Origin: Octopus vulgaris
Taxonomy: Eukaryota
Length of the DNA stretch: 64,000 nt
NCBI GenBank assembly: GCA_951406725.2
Contig: OX597815.1
Location: 23,994,001 to 24,058,000 of the forward strand
Direction: 5' to 3'
Part shown: positions 1 through 12,085 of the stretch, in pieces
Layout of the letters: every line of letters begins with the position of its first letter
How positions within the stretch are numbered: the stretch's first letter is position 1
The notes under the pieces: generated by a model
Database searches by the model: none
Told to the model about the DNA's origin: nothing
The model's input: the letters and a program-made list of their open reading frames with translations, nothing else
Made by a program: the position numbers and the translations under genes

Positions 1-324
1 ATACTTTAGAAGTAAGGTTGTCGTAGTTGTTTAGTCTAAGTTTCGCGTTGCCGCTTATTCAAAGCAACATTGCGGCTCTGTACTGTTGTAAATACTTGGC
101 CAAAGCGAGGCTTTTAAACATTAATATTCTAGCTTATAAATATATTGGACGGTCGAGCAAAACATTGTACGTAAGTGGGAGATAGAAAGAGAGAACAAAA
201 TGAAAGAGAACAGGCAGAGGGAGGAAGGTGAAAGAGAGGGATAGAGTGAGGAGAACAGAAGATAGTGAAGAGATGAAAACAAATATAAAGAAGTGGCTTG
301 TTTTTACAAGGCACAAGTATAATG

Positions 325-540
325 GCTTCAAATTTTGGCATAAGGCCAGCAATTTTGAGAGAAGGAGACAAGTCAGTTACATTGACTCCAGTGCTTGGCT
401 GTTACTCCATTTTATCGACCCTGAAAGGATTAAATAGCGAATTGGAGCTCAGCGAGATTTGAACCCAGAACGTAAGGAGCCGAAAGAAATATCGCAGAGC
501 CTTTTGTCTGAAACGCTAACGATTCTGCCAGTTCATTGCC
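325..540 (-). mobile_element. Degenerate tRNA-derived SINE, family A (central gcctttcatcctttcggggtcgataaa domain)
   Basis: Reverse complement matches the family A copies elsewhere (ttttatcgaccctgaaaggat...gatttgaacccagaacgta...aacgattctgccag). Confidence 0.75.
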
Positions 541-571
541 CGGTGTGCAGAGGTAATATAATCAATTAAGC

Positions 572-795
572 TAAGGTGACGAGCTGGTAACATCGTTAAC
601 ACGCCGGACAAAATGCTTAACGGCATTTCGTCCGAATCCTCGTTCTGAGTTCAAATTCCGCTGAAGTCGACTTTGCAGTTCAGCCTTTTGAGGTCGATAA
701 AATAAAGTACCAGTTGAACACTCAAGTAAATGTAATCGATTTACGATCACCCTTCAAATTGTTGGCCTTGCGCCAAAATTTTGAAATCAATATTA
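572..795 (+). mobile_element. SINE family A copy
   Basis: aaggtgacgagctggtaacatcgttaacacgccgg...gagttcaaattcc (B-box-like)...gtcgataaaataaagtaccag. Confidence 0.8.
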
Positions 796-2168
796 TCAAG
801 TACATCTTTGCCTGACTTCACACCACCATTACTACCACCACCAATCACCCCCATCACTCCTTCCCAATTCTTGGCTGTCTTTAGTGGAGTCCACTTTGTT
901 GCAATTATTTAGGTTATGTCTCAAGCCGGTGAATAAATCCATCCCTCCCTCGGAGACTCCGAGAAAAAAAATTGGTAAAGTGGAACAAGATTGCTTTTGG
1001 GGCACAGGAGTCGGAGGTTCCCTCGAAATTAAGGTTGGTAAGATGAAGTTTTATTTTAGGGAAGAGCTCGGCAGATAGTCAAAAATCTTTCCTTGACGTT
1101 CTGATCCTCGGATCAAAATAATGGTCGAGGTCCTTCTTATAGGCTCTTCTTACATTATAGAAGCTTCTCTTCCTCCTCTGACTAAACTATAAAGCAATAA
1201 CAAATAAAAAGAAACTCCTGTTATTGTACTGATCAAGGAAGAATGAAAGAAATTCAATCCAAGTCTACTCAGAACGAAACAAAAGTCACGTAATAGTCAA
1301 ACGTTCTAGTTTGTCTACAAGCTCACCTTCATCTTCAAACGAAATGTTAATTACTCTACATTCAGCTAAGCTTTTACGTCCTTGCAGTTAGAGAAGGTTG
1401 GATCGCAATTGGTTACGAATACAATTCTAACAAATAACACTTTTATCAACGATGGAATCTACGATGCCGTACGACCTGCTATAAATAGTAACCGAATTTC
1501 CATCACTGTTCAGTTACCGACTTAAGAAAAGGAAAGTATTGAATAATGTCTTAAATGCACTATATGCAAAAGCAGAAACAAAGACGAGATGGTCTTTTAT
1601 TATTGATTTCATTCAGATATCACCTGGTATCACAGTGATATAAACGTTTTACGTCTAGGTAGAGCTTGTTCTCAACATTTTAGGTTTCTGGGGATATCAT
1701 TATCACAAAACAAACTTGTTTCAATGACATCTTATATCCATCAAAAATATAACCTATCTCTTTCCTTGTTATACTTGTCTCAAAACCCACTATATACACA
1801 TGCATATGTATGTATGTATGTATATATATGTGATGCATATATATCACCAGGTGGCGTCTAGCGGCATAATTTTATCTGTACAAACAATGTACAACAACAC
1901 ATAAGGCGCCTCCAGTTGTAACCTAATGGAATGTAGAGATAAAATATACTATTTAAAAAATATCATTATCGGAAGTAGTGTGCTGTGTTTGTGTCTTTCC
2001 ACGTCTCACATTCTCTGAAACGTTTACGTTTGCCTCTCTCTCTCTCTCTCTCTCTCGATTTGCATTGAGACCCACCTGCAAGTAATTCAATTCAGAAGCC
2101 AAAAGCTGACATATCTTCCAAGATGTATATTTACATTCAAAGCTATAAGACAAAATAAAACAATTCAT

Positions 2169-2236
<68 letters not shown>

Positions 2237-2468
2237 CTATAGTTATATACATAATTAGAATCAGGGGTCAGCTAATTGCTTCGCCAAGTACCGAAATTAG
2301 AAATACTCCCAAAAATATACAGCCGAATGTGAATACATATTTATCTTTTAAACCCACGTGTGTGTTACGAAATATCCCGCAGCAAACTGCAGTTTTGGTC
2401 AGGGAGTAAGTTAAAATTTTTATAATGATAATATAGGGTAAGATTAATTAATTAATCAATCAATTGAT

Positions 2469-2878
2469 GGATGTTTTCGGTTTGAACGGCAGTTTTTTAA
2501 AATAATTTCCACGTAACTAAACACTTTTAAACTTCGTTTACTGGTAGAATGTGTTTATAAAACATCTTTTTCTCTTGGCTTTATTGATAAAATTCTATAG
2601 TTTGTAAGATATTTGTTGTTTTTTCCTTCAATTTCTGCAATTTCAACCAATCAATGACATCTATTGAGGTAAAAAAAACATTCTGTGCCTTATGAATATG
2701 TCCCTCGTTTAAGAAACAGATTGGGTTTATTTACATTTGTGACGAAAAAAATATACCCTTCCCCCTACCCCTAACCCTAACCCAGATTGAAATGCAATAG
2801 ATCGATACTAGGTTTATTATGATTGACAATTTCATATGACACCGCTAGAAAAAACCGCCGTTCAAACCGAAAAGATCC
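2469..2878. mobile_element. MITE family M, copy 1 (GG...CC termini, ~27-bp TIRs, internal CCCTAA repeats)
   Basis: TIRs ggatgttttcggtttgaacggcagttttt / aaaaaccgccgttcaaaccgaaaagatcc; homologous to 29784-30193 and 31109-31551. Confidence 0.9.
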
Positions 2879-3096
2879 ATTCTACCAATTAGTCAGTACG
2901 TTAAAATAACCTTTGTTGGTGAATTATACAAAATATTCTATAATTATATACATAATTATAATCAGGGGGTTAGCTAGTTGCTTCACCACGTACCGAAATT
3001 AGAAATAGACGCTAATGTCATTTCAACTACGGTCGAGTATCAGTTATGATCGCGTACATATTTAATCCTAACACTCGCAAATTTATAATTCAAAAT

Positions 3097-3158
3097 GTCA
3101 TACTGAGGAGAGAAATGAGTAAATATAATTTACTTTAATCTCGAAACGCGTCTGTGAT
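3097..3158 (+). ncRNA. Minimal type-I hammerhead ribozyme
   Basis: Stem I GUCAUA/UGUGAU, core CUGAGGA, stem II GAGA..UCUC with an inner AGUAAAU/AUUUACU hairpin, then GAAA, palindromic stem III ACGCGU, and a GUC cleavage triplet ending at 3152. Confidence 0.8.
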
Positions 3159-3533
3159 TAATCGAAATCGTGTAGTTTCATCATTTTTCTTTTTGCCTAC
3201 ATAAAAAAAAAGTGTTATTGTCTCGAAGATACTTATGGAAGTTGAAATGACATTAGCGTCTGTTTATAATTTCGGTACGTGGCGAAGCAATTAGCTGACC
3301 CCCTGATTATAATTATGTATATAATTATAGAATATTTTGTATAATTCACCTAAAAGGGTTATTTTAACGTACTGACTACTTGGTAGAATTATTTATTATT
3401 AATCAATTAATTAATTGATTAATTAATTAATTAATCTTACCCTATATATATTATATTATATTATATTATATATATATATTATATATATATATAATCTTAC
3501 CCTATATATATTATATCCCTCATATGGTGGTCA

Positions 3534-4706
3534 ATGAGGAAACTAGGAATAGAAGAATGGTTAGTGAGAGCTGTGCAAGCCATGTACAGGGACGCTGCTA
3601 GTAAGGTGAGGGTTGGAAATGAGTACAGTGAAGAATTCCGGGTAGAGGTAGGGGTCCACCAAGGCTCAGTCCTCAGCCCCCTCCTATTTATCATAGTCCT
3701 CCAGGCAATAACGGAGGAATTCAAGACAGGATGCCCCTGGGAGCTCCTCTATGCTGATGACCTTGCTCTAATTGCTGAGTCATTATCAGAACTGGAGAAG
3801 AAGTTTCAGGTGTGGAAGCATGGTTTAGAATCGAAGGGCCTTAGAGTCAACCTAGCTAAAACCAAAGTCCTAATAAGTAGGAAGGTAGACAAATCACAAA
3901 CGCCTTCAGGTAGATGGCCCTGCTCGATCTGTAGAAAAGGTGTAGGTAGAAACTCTATAAGATGCACCAAGTGTAAGCTATGGACACATAAGAGGTGCAG
4001 CAATGTCATAGGAAGGCTAACTAGGAAGATGGTTTTTGTATGTGGCAGATGCTCGGGAGCATTAACCTCTGAAAATCTGCAGAAAACAACTTCCGTCACT
4101 TTCCAGGGGGAAAAACTAGAAGTAGTTGATAGCTTCCGTTATCTTGGTGACCAAGTCAGTAGTGGGGGTGGGTGTGCTGAAAGTGTAACGGCTAGAGTAA
4201 GAATAGCCTGGGCAAAGTTTAGGGAGCTCTTACCTCTGTTGGTGACTAAAGGCCTCTCGCTCAGAGTAAAAGGCAGACTGTATGATGCATGTGTACGAAC
4301 AGCCATGCTACATGGCAGTGAAACATGGGCCGTGACTGCTGAGGACATGCGTAAGCTCGCGAGAAATGAAGCTAGTATGCTCCGTTGGATGTGTAATGTC
4401 AGTGTTCATAGTCGACAGAGTGTAAGTACCTTGAGAGAAAAGTTGGACCTAAGAGGAATCAGATGTTGTGTGCAAGAGAGACGATTGCGCTGGTATGGTC
4501 ATGTGGTGAGAATGGATGAAGATAGGTGTGTGAAAAAGTGCCACACCCTGGCAGTTGAGGGGACCTGTGGAAGAGGTAGACCCAGGAAAACCTGGGTCGA
4601 GGTGGTGAAGCACGACCTTCGAACTCTAGGTCTCACCAAGGAAATGACCAGAGACCGAGACCTATGGAAGTATGCTGTGCGTGAGAAGACCCGGCAAGAC
4701 CAGTGA
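3534..4706 (+). CDS. RTE-type reverse transcriptase, C-terminal half, with an inserted PHD finger (5'-truncated ORF)
   Basis: GVHQGSVLSPLLF, LLYADD, FRYLG, HGSETWA, RRLRWYGHV and RGRPRKTW motifs; C4HC3 finger at aa 130-173. Confidence 0.92.
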   Translation: MRKLGIEEWLVRAVQAMYRDAASKVRVGNEYSEEFRVEVGVHQGSVLSPLLFIIVLQAITEEFKTGCPWELLYADDLALIAESLSELEKKFQVWKHGLESKGLRVNLAKTKVLISRKVDKSQTPSGRWPCSICRKGVGRNSIRCTKCKLWTHKRCSNVIGRLTRKMVFVCGRCSGALTSENLQKTTSVTFQGEKLEVVDSFRYLGDQVSSGGGCAESVTARVRIAWAKFRELLPLLVTKGLSLRVKGRLYDACVRTAMLHGSETWAVTAEDMRKLARNEASMLRWMCNVSVHSRQSVSTLREKLDLRGIRCCVQERRLRWYGHVVRMDEDRCVKKCHTLAVEGTCGRGRPRKTWVEVVKHDLRTLGLTKEMTRDRDLWKYAVREKTRQDQ

Positions 4707-4754
4707 GAACAATCAAAATCAAATCATATATCAGAAAGCAGGAGTTAAGTGACC

Positions 4755-5425
4755 CATCCGTTCGTGTCCGCTGTCAGCCTCGTCTGGCACCCATGCCGGT
4801 GATACGTAAAAGCACCATTCGCTCATGGCCGTTTGCCAGCTCTGCCTGGCCCCGTGTCGGTGGCACGTAAAAGCACCATCCATTCGTGTTCGTTACCAGC
4901 CTCGCCTGGCCCCGTGCCGGTGACACGTAAAAGCACCGTCCGTTCGTGGCCGTTTGCCAGCTCTGTCTGGCCCCGTGTCGGTGGCACGTAAAAGCACCAT
5001 CCGTTCGTGGCCGTTTGCCAGCTCTGTCTGGCCCCGTGTCGGTGGCACGTAAAAGCACCATCCGTCCGTGTCCGTTGCCAGCCTCGGCTGGCCCCCGTGC
5101 CGGTGACACGTAAAAGCACCGTCCGCTCGTGGCCGTTTGCCAGCTCTGTCTGGCCCCGTGTCGGTGGCACGTAAAAGCACCATCCGTCCGTGTCCGTTGC
5201 CAGCCTCGGCTGGCCCCCGTGCCGGTGACACGTAAAAGCACCGTCCGCTCGTGGCCGTTTGCCAGCTCTGTCTGGCCCCGTGTCGGTGGCACGTAAAAGC
5301 ACCATCCGTTCGTGTCCGTTGCCAGCATCGCCTGGCCCCGTGCCGGTGACACGTAAAAGCACCATCCGTTCGTGGCCGTTCGCCAGCTCTGTCTGGCACC
5401 TGTGCAGGTGGCACGTAAAAAACAC
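4755..5425 (+). repeat. ~60-bp tandem array (~11 units) in the RTE 3' UTR
   Basis: Unit ccatccgttcgtggccgtttgccagctctgtctggccccgtgtcggtggcacgtaaaagca, with two interspersed variants. Confidence 0.95.
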
Positions 5426-5591
5426 CCACTACACTCGCGGAGTGGTTGGCGTTAGGAAGGGTATCCAGCCGTAGAAACACTGCCAGATCTGACTGGGCCT
5501 GACGAAGCCTTCCAGCTTCACAGACCCCAGTTGACCCGTCCAACCCATGCTAGCATGGAAAGCGGACGCTAAACGATGATGATGATGATGA

Positions 5592-5656
<65 letters not shown>

Positions 5657-5899
5657 CACTGATATTACTTCAAACATATAAAGCAACAGTAGATTCTCGT
5701 CATGTGTGAAAAACAAAATCAAGAATATCATCAAAGACTAAGAAGCAAGAAGATGCCATTTGATTAGATTCAGTCGAAGTAAACCAATTGATTATCAATT
5801 ATAGTATAATATAAATAAAACAAAAATAATAAATACAACTGAGCAACAGTTGTCAACTGTTACTTGGTAGAGGAAAATATTTGAGTTACATAATGGTTG

Positions 5900-6120
5900 A
5901 GCACAAGGCCTGTAATTTTAGAGGAAAGAGTAAGTGGATTACATCGACTCCAATCCTCGATGCATCTAATACTTATTTTATCAACCCCCCAATGAAAGAA
6001 AGGTAAAGTCGATCTTGGCGGAATTTGAACACATAATGTAAAAAGTCGGAGCAAAAAAGAAAGCGCTGTTACACATTTTTTTGATCGATGCGTTAACCAT
6101 CCTACCAGGCCACCTGATTG
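5900..6120 (-). mobile_element. Degenerate SINE family A
   Basis: gattacatcgac...aggtaaagtcgatcttggcggaatttgaac. Confidence 0.65.
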
Positions 6121-6258
6121 AAGCTTAGGCGAAATATAAAATGAATCAGTTAAAGGGTGAAACCATAAGATTTAAGAAACACATTGGTAGATGAGACAAA
6201 ATAACAATGACGTCTTTCTTGGATGCAAGGTAGTTATTGTTATTATTATTATTATTAT

Positions 6259-7495
6259 GAAGGTGGTGAGCTGGCAGAAACGTTAGCATGCCAGACGAAA
6301 TGCGTAGCCGTATGTCGTCTGCCGCTACGTTCTGAGTTCAAATTCTGCCGAGGTCGACTTTGCCTTTCATCCTTTCGGAGTCGATAAATTAAGTACCAGT
6401 TACGCACTGGGGTCGATGTAATCGACTTAATCCGTTTGTCTGTCCTTGTTTGTCCCCTCTGTGTTTAGCCCCTTGTGGGTAGTAAAGAAATATCTATTTC
6501 GTCTGTCACCACATTCTGAGTTTCAATTCCTCCGAGGTCGACTTTGCATTTCATCTTTTCGGAGTCGATACAATAAGTACTAGTTGAGTACTGGGGTCGA
6601 TGTAATCAACTCCTTCCCCCGAAATTTCAGGCCTTGTGCCTATAGTAGAAAGCATTATCATTAAGGAAGCGAGCTGACAGAATCATCACCACGTCGGGCA
6701 AAATGCCGAGCAGCATTTCGGTTCAGAGTCTCCAGGTTCAGAGTTCAAATTCCGCCGAGGTCGACTCTGCTTTTCATTCTTTCGGGGTCGATAAAATAAG
6801 TACCATTTGAACACTGGGGTCGATATAATCGATATTCTTCCTCCCCACAAATTACTGCTCTTGTGCTAAAATTCGAAGTCATTAAAAAAAATAAAAGATA
6901 GCGGTGAGCTGGCAGAATCTTCGCACGTCGGACAAAATTTTTAGTGGCATTTCTTCCGGTTTTATGTTCTCAGATCAAATGCCATCGAGGTCAACTTTGC
7001 CTTTTATCCTATGAGGTCGGTGGAATAAGCACCAGTTGAGCACTGGTGACCATATAATCGACTATCCCCCTCCCACGAAATTTAAAATTTGTGTTTGTTG
7101 TAGAAAGGTTTATTGTTATTTTGTTGGACCCCGGCCGATAATACGACTGGTCATTGTTTTCTGCCCCACGATGAGATGCAGACAAGTATTCAGCTCAAAA
7201 CTGGAGAGTATCATGGGTGCAGGTATGGCTTTAAATATTGAAGAACATCTCATTATATAAGATAAGGCAGTGAGTTGGTAGAATAGTTAGCGCGTCTCAC
7301 AATAATGCTTCGCTGGATTTCTTCCAGCTCTTTACGTTCTGAGTTCAAATTTCACCGAGATCGACTTTGCCATATTTCATCGAGATCTCCTTTTCGGGGT
7401 CGATAAAATAAAGTACTCGTTCAGTACTGGGTTCGACGTAATCGACTTACCCCTTCTTTCAAAATTGCTGCCTTTGTGCCAAAATTAGAACGAAT
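6259..7495 (+). mobile_element. Cluster of head-to-tail SINE family A copies
   Basis: Heads aaggNggNgagctgNcaga at ~6259, 6663, 6900 and 7264, each followed by gttcaaatt...gaggtcgactttgc...gtcgataaa. Confidence 0.88.
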
Positions 7496-7559
7496 AATTA
7501 ACTGTAATTTCAGGTCTTCACCGTCCCCCACGCACGATGTACAACACTAATCTATGTCA

Positions 7560-8950
7560 CTTTAATGTAGACAACAAACTAGGAGATAAGTTCATCAGTT
7601 TTCTCAAGTGATGAGAAAAATTCATTGAAGCTTTGCAAAAATACTAAGCTTGGGCAAATTTGATAACGAGTGCATTTCCTGATCTTTATACGAAATCTGT
7701 ACCCTAACCCTTGTATTTGTCCCCACAAATACAACTCGAAATGGGAAAAACATCCATAGATGTTTGTTTGGAAAACATACTGCGATGCTATTAAGAGCTT
7801 CTCTTTCATAGTCAATGGTAACTGAAACAGAACTAAGACCGGGTCTTGCTTAAGGGCGCTAAAAATCAAATCATAAGTTGTATGATTTAAGAGAATTGTA
7901 GGGTACTCATCCAGCTTAACAGGCACTGTATGTAACTGAAAAGGTACACTGGTGCAGAATCAACGGTTCTATCGCTCAATGAGTCGTCTTTGAAAGAAAG
8001 CAGGCGTATGCTGATAGAATTAGTAGGTTGACACTTCCATGGATGACAAAGTCTTGATCACCGTAAGTCCTCAGTTAAAACATTACCATGTTGTGCCCTG
8101 TGTTGTCTGCACGCCATTCTTGCCAAAGTACTAGTTGAGTACTGGGGTCGATGTAATCAACTCCTTCCCTCGAAATTTCGGGCCTTGTGCCTATAGTAGA
8201 GTGCATTATCATTAAGGCAGCGAGCTGACAGAATCGTCAGCACGTCGGGCAAAATGCCGAACAGCATTTCGGTTCAGAGTCTCCAGGTTCATAAGTTGTA
8301 TGATTTAAGAGAATTGTAGGGTACTCATCCAGCTTAACATGCACTGTATGTAACTGAAAGGGTGCACTGATGCAGAATCAAGGCTTTTATCGCTCAATGA
8401 GTCGTCTTTGAAAGAAAGCAGGCGTATGCTGATAGAATTAGTAGGTTGACACTTCCAGGGATGACAAAATCTTGATCACCGTAAGTCCTCAGTTAAAACA
8501 TTACCATTTAGTGCCCTGTGTTGTCTGCACGCCATTCTTGCCAAAGTTTCTTTTCTAAAATGAACACATGCAACATCAAGTGGACACTCACTGGTACAGT
8601 TTTCTATAATGCCACTTCCTCTGACCAGCGACTTTTACTTTAATTTTCTGCGCTGGTTTCAAGGACAAGCTATGTCCAGTGTCAGGCGGATGTAAGAATT
8701 TATTTACGTCTTGGACAGCATCATATTCTGCTTTGTTCATCACCCACACTTTCCTTTGCATTTAATTTACACCGTCAATATGTTACATTGTCGCTTCACT
8801 TGTCAACGATGTAGGCGTAGCGATTATGCAAAAGCTTCCTTCCGCCTTCTGTTGTTGGTATGAATTCCGTGGTCTTAAAATATGCAGTCATTTACTTCTG
8901 AATAGCGACCAAATCAAGATCTAGTCAAGCTGGCTTGTGGCCGTTTCTTT
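7560..8950 (-). pseudogene. Degenerate Mutator-like (MULE) transposase remnant
   Basis: Minus-strand pieces TIDYEREALNSIAVCFP and YGCFSHFELYLWGQIQGLG match the MULE D(F/Y)E..FP..GCxFH..W..IQ.LG pattern; an upstream FLYWCH-like RCKLKCK...LHPPD segment; many frameshifts. Confidence 0.7.
7871..8547. repeat. 259-bp direct duplication (7871-8129 / 8289-8547) around a templated 166-bp insert
   Basis: Both copies start tcataagttgtatgatttaag and end cttgccaaagt; the insert 8126-8291 matches 6575-6740. Confidence 0.92.
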
Positions 8951-9224
8951 GGTGGCGTGATTTTAACAAATAACCAACAGTTCTAGTAATTGGTCCTCGT
9001 TTATGACAGCCATATTTCCTCTCATGATTCACTCTAAAGGCCCTCCTCGCCAGAATGCAATTTCCGAAACTACCACTGCACCGCTCACTGATTAACACAA
9101 CCGAATGCCAAATTTATGTTATTTGTGGCTTCAGTTGCCTTATGTCCTTATTTGGAACTATCGCTCTGGTACGATAGTCACCATATTATTGAGGAACACA
9201 ACCAATGCTTACAAAATAAATACC

Positions 9225-9577
9225 TATTTATTTACTGCTCACAAGGGGCTAAACACAGAGCGGACAAACAAGGACATACAGACGGATTAAGTCGATTACA
9301 TCGACCTCAGTGCGCAACTGGTACTTATTTAATCGACCCCGAAAGGATAAAAGGCAAAGTCGACTTCGGCGGAATTTGAACTCAGAACATAACAGCAGAT
9401 GAAATACCTATTTCTTTACTACCCACAAGGGGCTAAACACAGAGCGGACAAACAAGGACAGACAGACGGATTAAGTCGATTACATCGCCCCCAGTGCGTA
9501 ACTGGTACTTATTTAATCGATCCCGAAAGGATGAAAGGCAAAGTCGACCTCAGCGGAATTTGAACTCTGAACGTAAC
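9225..9577 (-). mobile_element. SINE family A, 5'-truncated dimer with ~17-bp TSD
   Basis: Two internal units; cttacaaaataaatacc flanks both sides. Confidence 0.88.
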
Positions 9578-10116
9578 CTTACAAAATAAATACCACGTAG
9601 CGAAACCAAACGCACAAATCTAGTTAAGTATTACAAAATGGATTAACTCGTTAGTTACACTTTGTAACATGTGTAATCATAGCTTTAAAATGGTTCGTAT
9701 CGGAAGAGATTTCATGTAGCAATCCTAACGTGTGTGTGTGTGCAAAGAGTGAGAGTGAAAGAAAGAAAATTCTTGACAACTAGATGATCCACCCCTCTCT
9801 AATACAATTGTTTCATCACCACTCGTATTGAAAGTCAATGTTGATGCCGATGGGATTTGAATTCGAAGCCAAAACAGGTGGAACTAAATTTTGCGGTTTT
9901 AAAGAATGTTTCCGCGAATATAAAAAAAATGGAAGTCATTTTTAAATAAAAATGTCCAAACAACGGCTAGTTGTAATACTAAAATAGTACAAAATGATTT
10001 AGGTGATGCAGTCACATGGCTTCCTAATTTATGATAAATGAATTAACGAAATGTTTATTGCATGATTCTTGTGTGTTTTATACGTCACACATCGCATTGT
10101 AATGTACTAATATGTG

Positions 10117-10445
10117 TGGAGGCGCAATGGCCCAGTGGTTAGGGCAGCGGACTCGCGGTCATAGGATCGCGGTTTCGATTCCCAGACCGGGCGTTGTGAG
10201 TGTTTATTGAGCGAAAACACCTAAAAGCTCCACGCAGCTCCGGCAGGGGATGGTGGTGATCCCTGCTGTACTCTTTTACCACAACTTTCTCTCACTCTTA
10301 CTTCCTGTTTCTGTTGTACCTGTATTTCAAAGGGCCGGTCTTGTCACTCTCTGTGTCACGCTGAATATCCTCGAGAACTACGTTAAGGGTACACGTGTCT
10401 GTGGAGTGCTCAGCCACTTACACGTTAATTTCACCGACGGAGTGC
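10117..10445 (+). mobile_element. tRNA-derived SINE family C
   Basis: A box tggcccagtgg and B box gtttcgattcc; the tail also occurs inverted at ~14805-14975. Confidence 0.85.
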
Positions 10446-10500
10446 TTCCATTCCACTAATATGTATGTGGAACGTTGGATATATATATATATATATATTA

Positions 10501-10594
10501 ATATTAATATCCTAGAAACAGCTGTAAGACCTTCTATCTATAAATGCTCTAATATCTATACAGCCTTGGTTTTTTTAATCTTATTATGCAAAAA

Positions 10595-10599
<5 letters not shown>
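10501..10599 (+). mobile_element. Truncated Penelope-like cassette holding the 3' half of a hammerhead
   Basis: GAAA-CAGCUG-UA (palindromic stem III) at 10515-10526; the next ~65 nt match the hairpin arm at 39590-39657; (TA)n on both sides. Confidence 0.55.
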
Positions 10600-10662
<63 letters not shown>

Positions 10663-10993
10663 TGTACATTTAAACACATTAAGAGGTTTCCAACATTGGA
10701 ATCCTTTACGCTAGGAAGAACAGCTAAAGTCCAAACCACTAATTAGGGATAAATTCTCGAAGGGAATGAAAAATATTTACCATCTCTTTACTGGACCATG
10801 GTATTTTACATGAATAATATATAGTCTATTGACTAATTTTTCTATACGCTAGGCAACAGATAGTAAAAATTTCTAGAATCTTTATTACCCTGATATTATT
10901 AATTATACATGTATGTACGTTTATATGTATGTATGTATTTACATACATACACATATACATATACACATATATATAAACATAAATATACATGCA

Positions 10994-11051
<58 letters not shown>

Positions 11052-12085
11052 TTACTGCGCTTTTCCATTTGAAGTCACTTCTAGAAATAATCTTAAGTGA
11101 ATGTAACTTTTTTAAGCGAACCCCACTGAATTTGACCATATAACAGGCTTTAAAACTAATGCTCCTGTTGACAAAATGGAATTTTAAAAACTTGTACGCC
11201 ACGTACGTTTTATGAACGGGTTTTTAGTTTAATTCGTGAAGAGAGCCCCGGTGGCCGCATTAGTTTTTACTTCAGGTTTTTGGAGTTACTGGAACTGAAT
11301 AATGATTGTGTTGGATTGGCCGAATGATTAGTGCGTAAGATAAAGTGACTACGATATTTAGTTTATGTTCTGAATTCAAATCTTGTCGCGATCAATTTGT
11401 GTCTGAACTTTCCGAGAGGTCGTTAAAATAAAGTACCAATCTACAAGCGTAATATTCATATAAAGCATCCTAGATAGGATTGGAATTATAACAGAAGAAG
11501 AAACCTTGTGCAAACAGAAATATGATACTGGCAATTGGATAGATGCCAATTCAATTAAATAGTTATCGAGCGGTTTTCCTCCAGAGTTGAGGAAAATCTC
11601 TCTGAAGAGAGTTTACATCTTATGGATTGTATAAAAAAATTAAAAGCAAAGAAAAATTTTATTAGAAGAGCTACAATGAATTCAAAATGATTTAGACTTA
11701 AAAAGTGCTGTTTGTTCTATTGCAAACAATGTACTATATTTCTTCAATACATGCGTCTTTTGGCTACTGCAAAATGTATAGTGTTTTCATTCCCACTTGT
11801 TCGTTAGTTCCATTTCCAACTAACTGCTGTATTGATTTATGCTTGGTATTTCTTGTGGTAATGTTAAAATACCAACCCATCCACATAACACTAAGGATAT
11901 GAGATGTCCATAAATTTGTTTATCCCTTTTGTTCGTCTTGTAGAAAAGGTAAATGTTTAGTGGGATCAGGTGACGCTTGGTAGTAGTTGCTTTGGTAATT
12001 GTCAAACAGATAAGTTGTAAAGGTGACAGATCTATGGTGGGTTCCAAACTCGATAGAGAAGAAGATTGGGATACATGATTCATAA

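Larger units (their letters stand above)
2231..3450. mobile_element. Non-autonomous Penelope-like fold-back cassette with a hammerhead ribozyme, embedded in (TA)n
   Basis: Left arm (2431-2468 plus 2879-3028) is inverted relative to the right arm (3241-3450). 2231-2305 is a direct copy of ~2932-3005. A hammerhead lies in the spacer, and (TA)n flanks both sides. Confidence 0.65.
3516..5594 (+). mobile_element. 5'-truncated RTE-clade LINE with (GAT)n tail
   Basis: RT ORF, then a 3' UTR ending ...ggacgctaaac(gat)n; (TA)n flanks both ends. Confidence 0.9.

Noticed and set aside
1844-1858. CTCF-like motif caccaggtggcg
   Set aside because: A single short match with no supporting context.
4755-5425. 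CRISPR-like array next to an RT
   Set aside because: Units are contiguous with no unique spacers, there are no cas genes, and the array lies in a eukaryotic LINE 3' UTR.
5495-5530. CUGACGA in the RTE 3' UTR as a hammerhead core
   Set aside because: No GAAA or stem III follows.
4774-5543. Three ~200-aa minus-strand ORFs
   Set aside because: They are translations of the GC-rich tandem repeat with no domain content.
10117-10190. tRNA gene
   Set aside because: A and B boxes are present, but it runs into a SINE body without a proper acceptor stem; the same holds for the other SINE heads.
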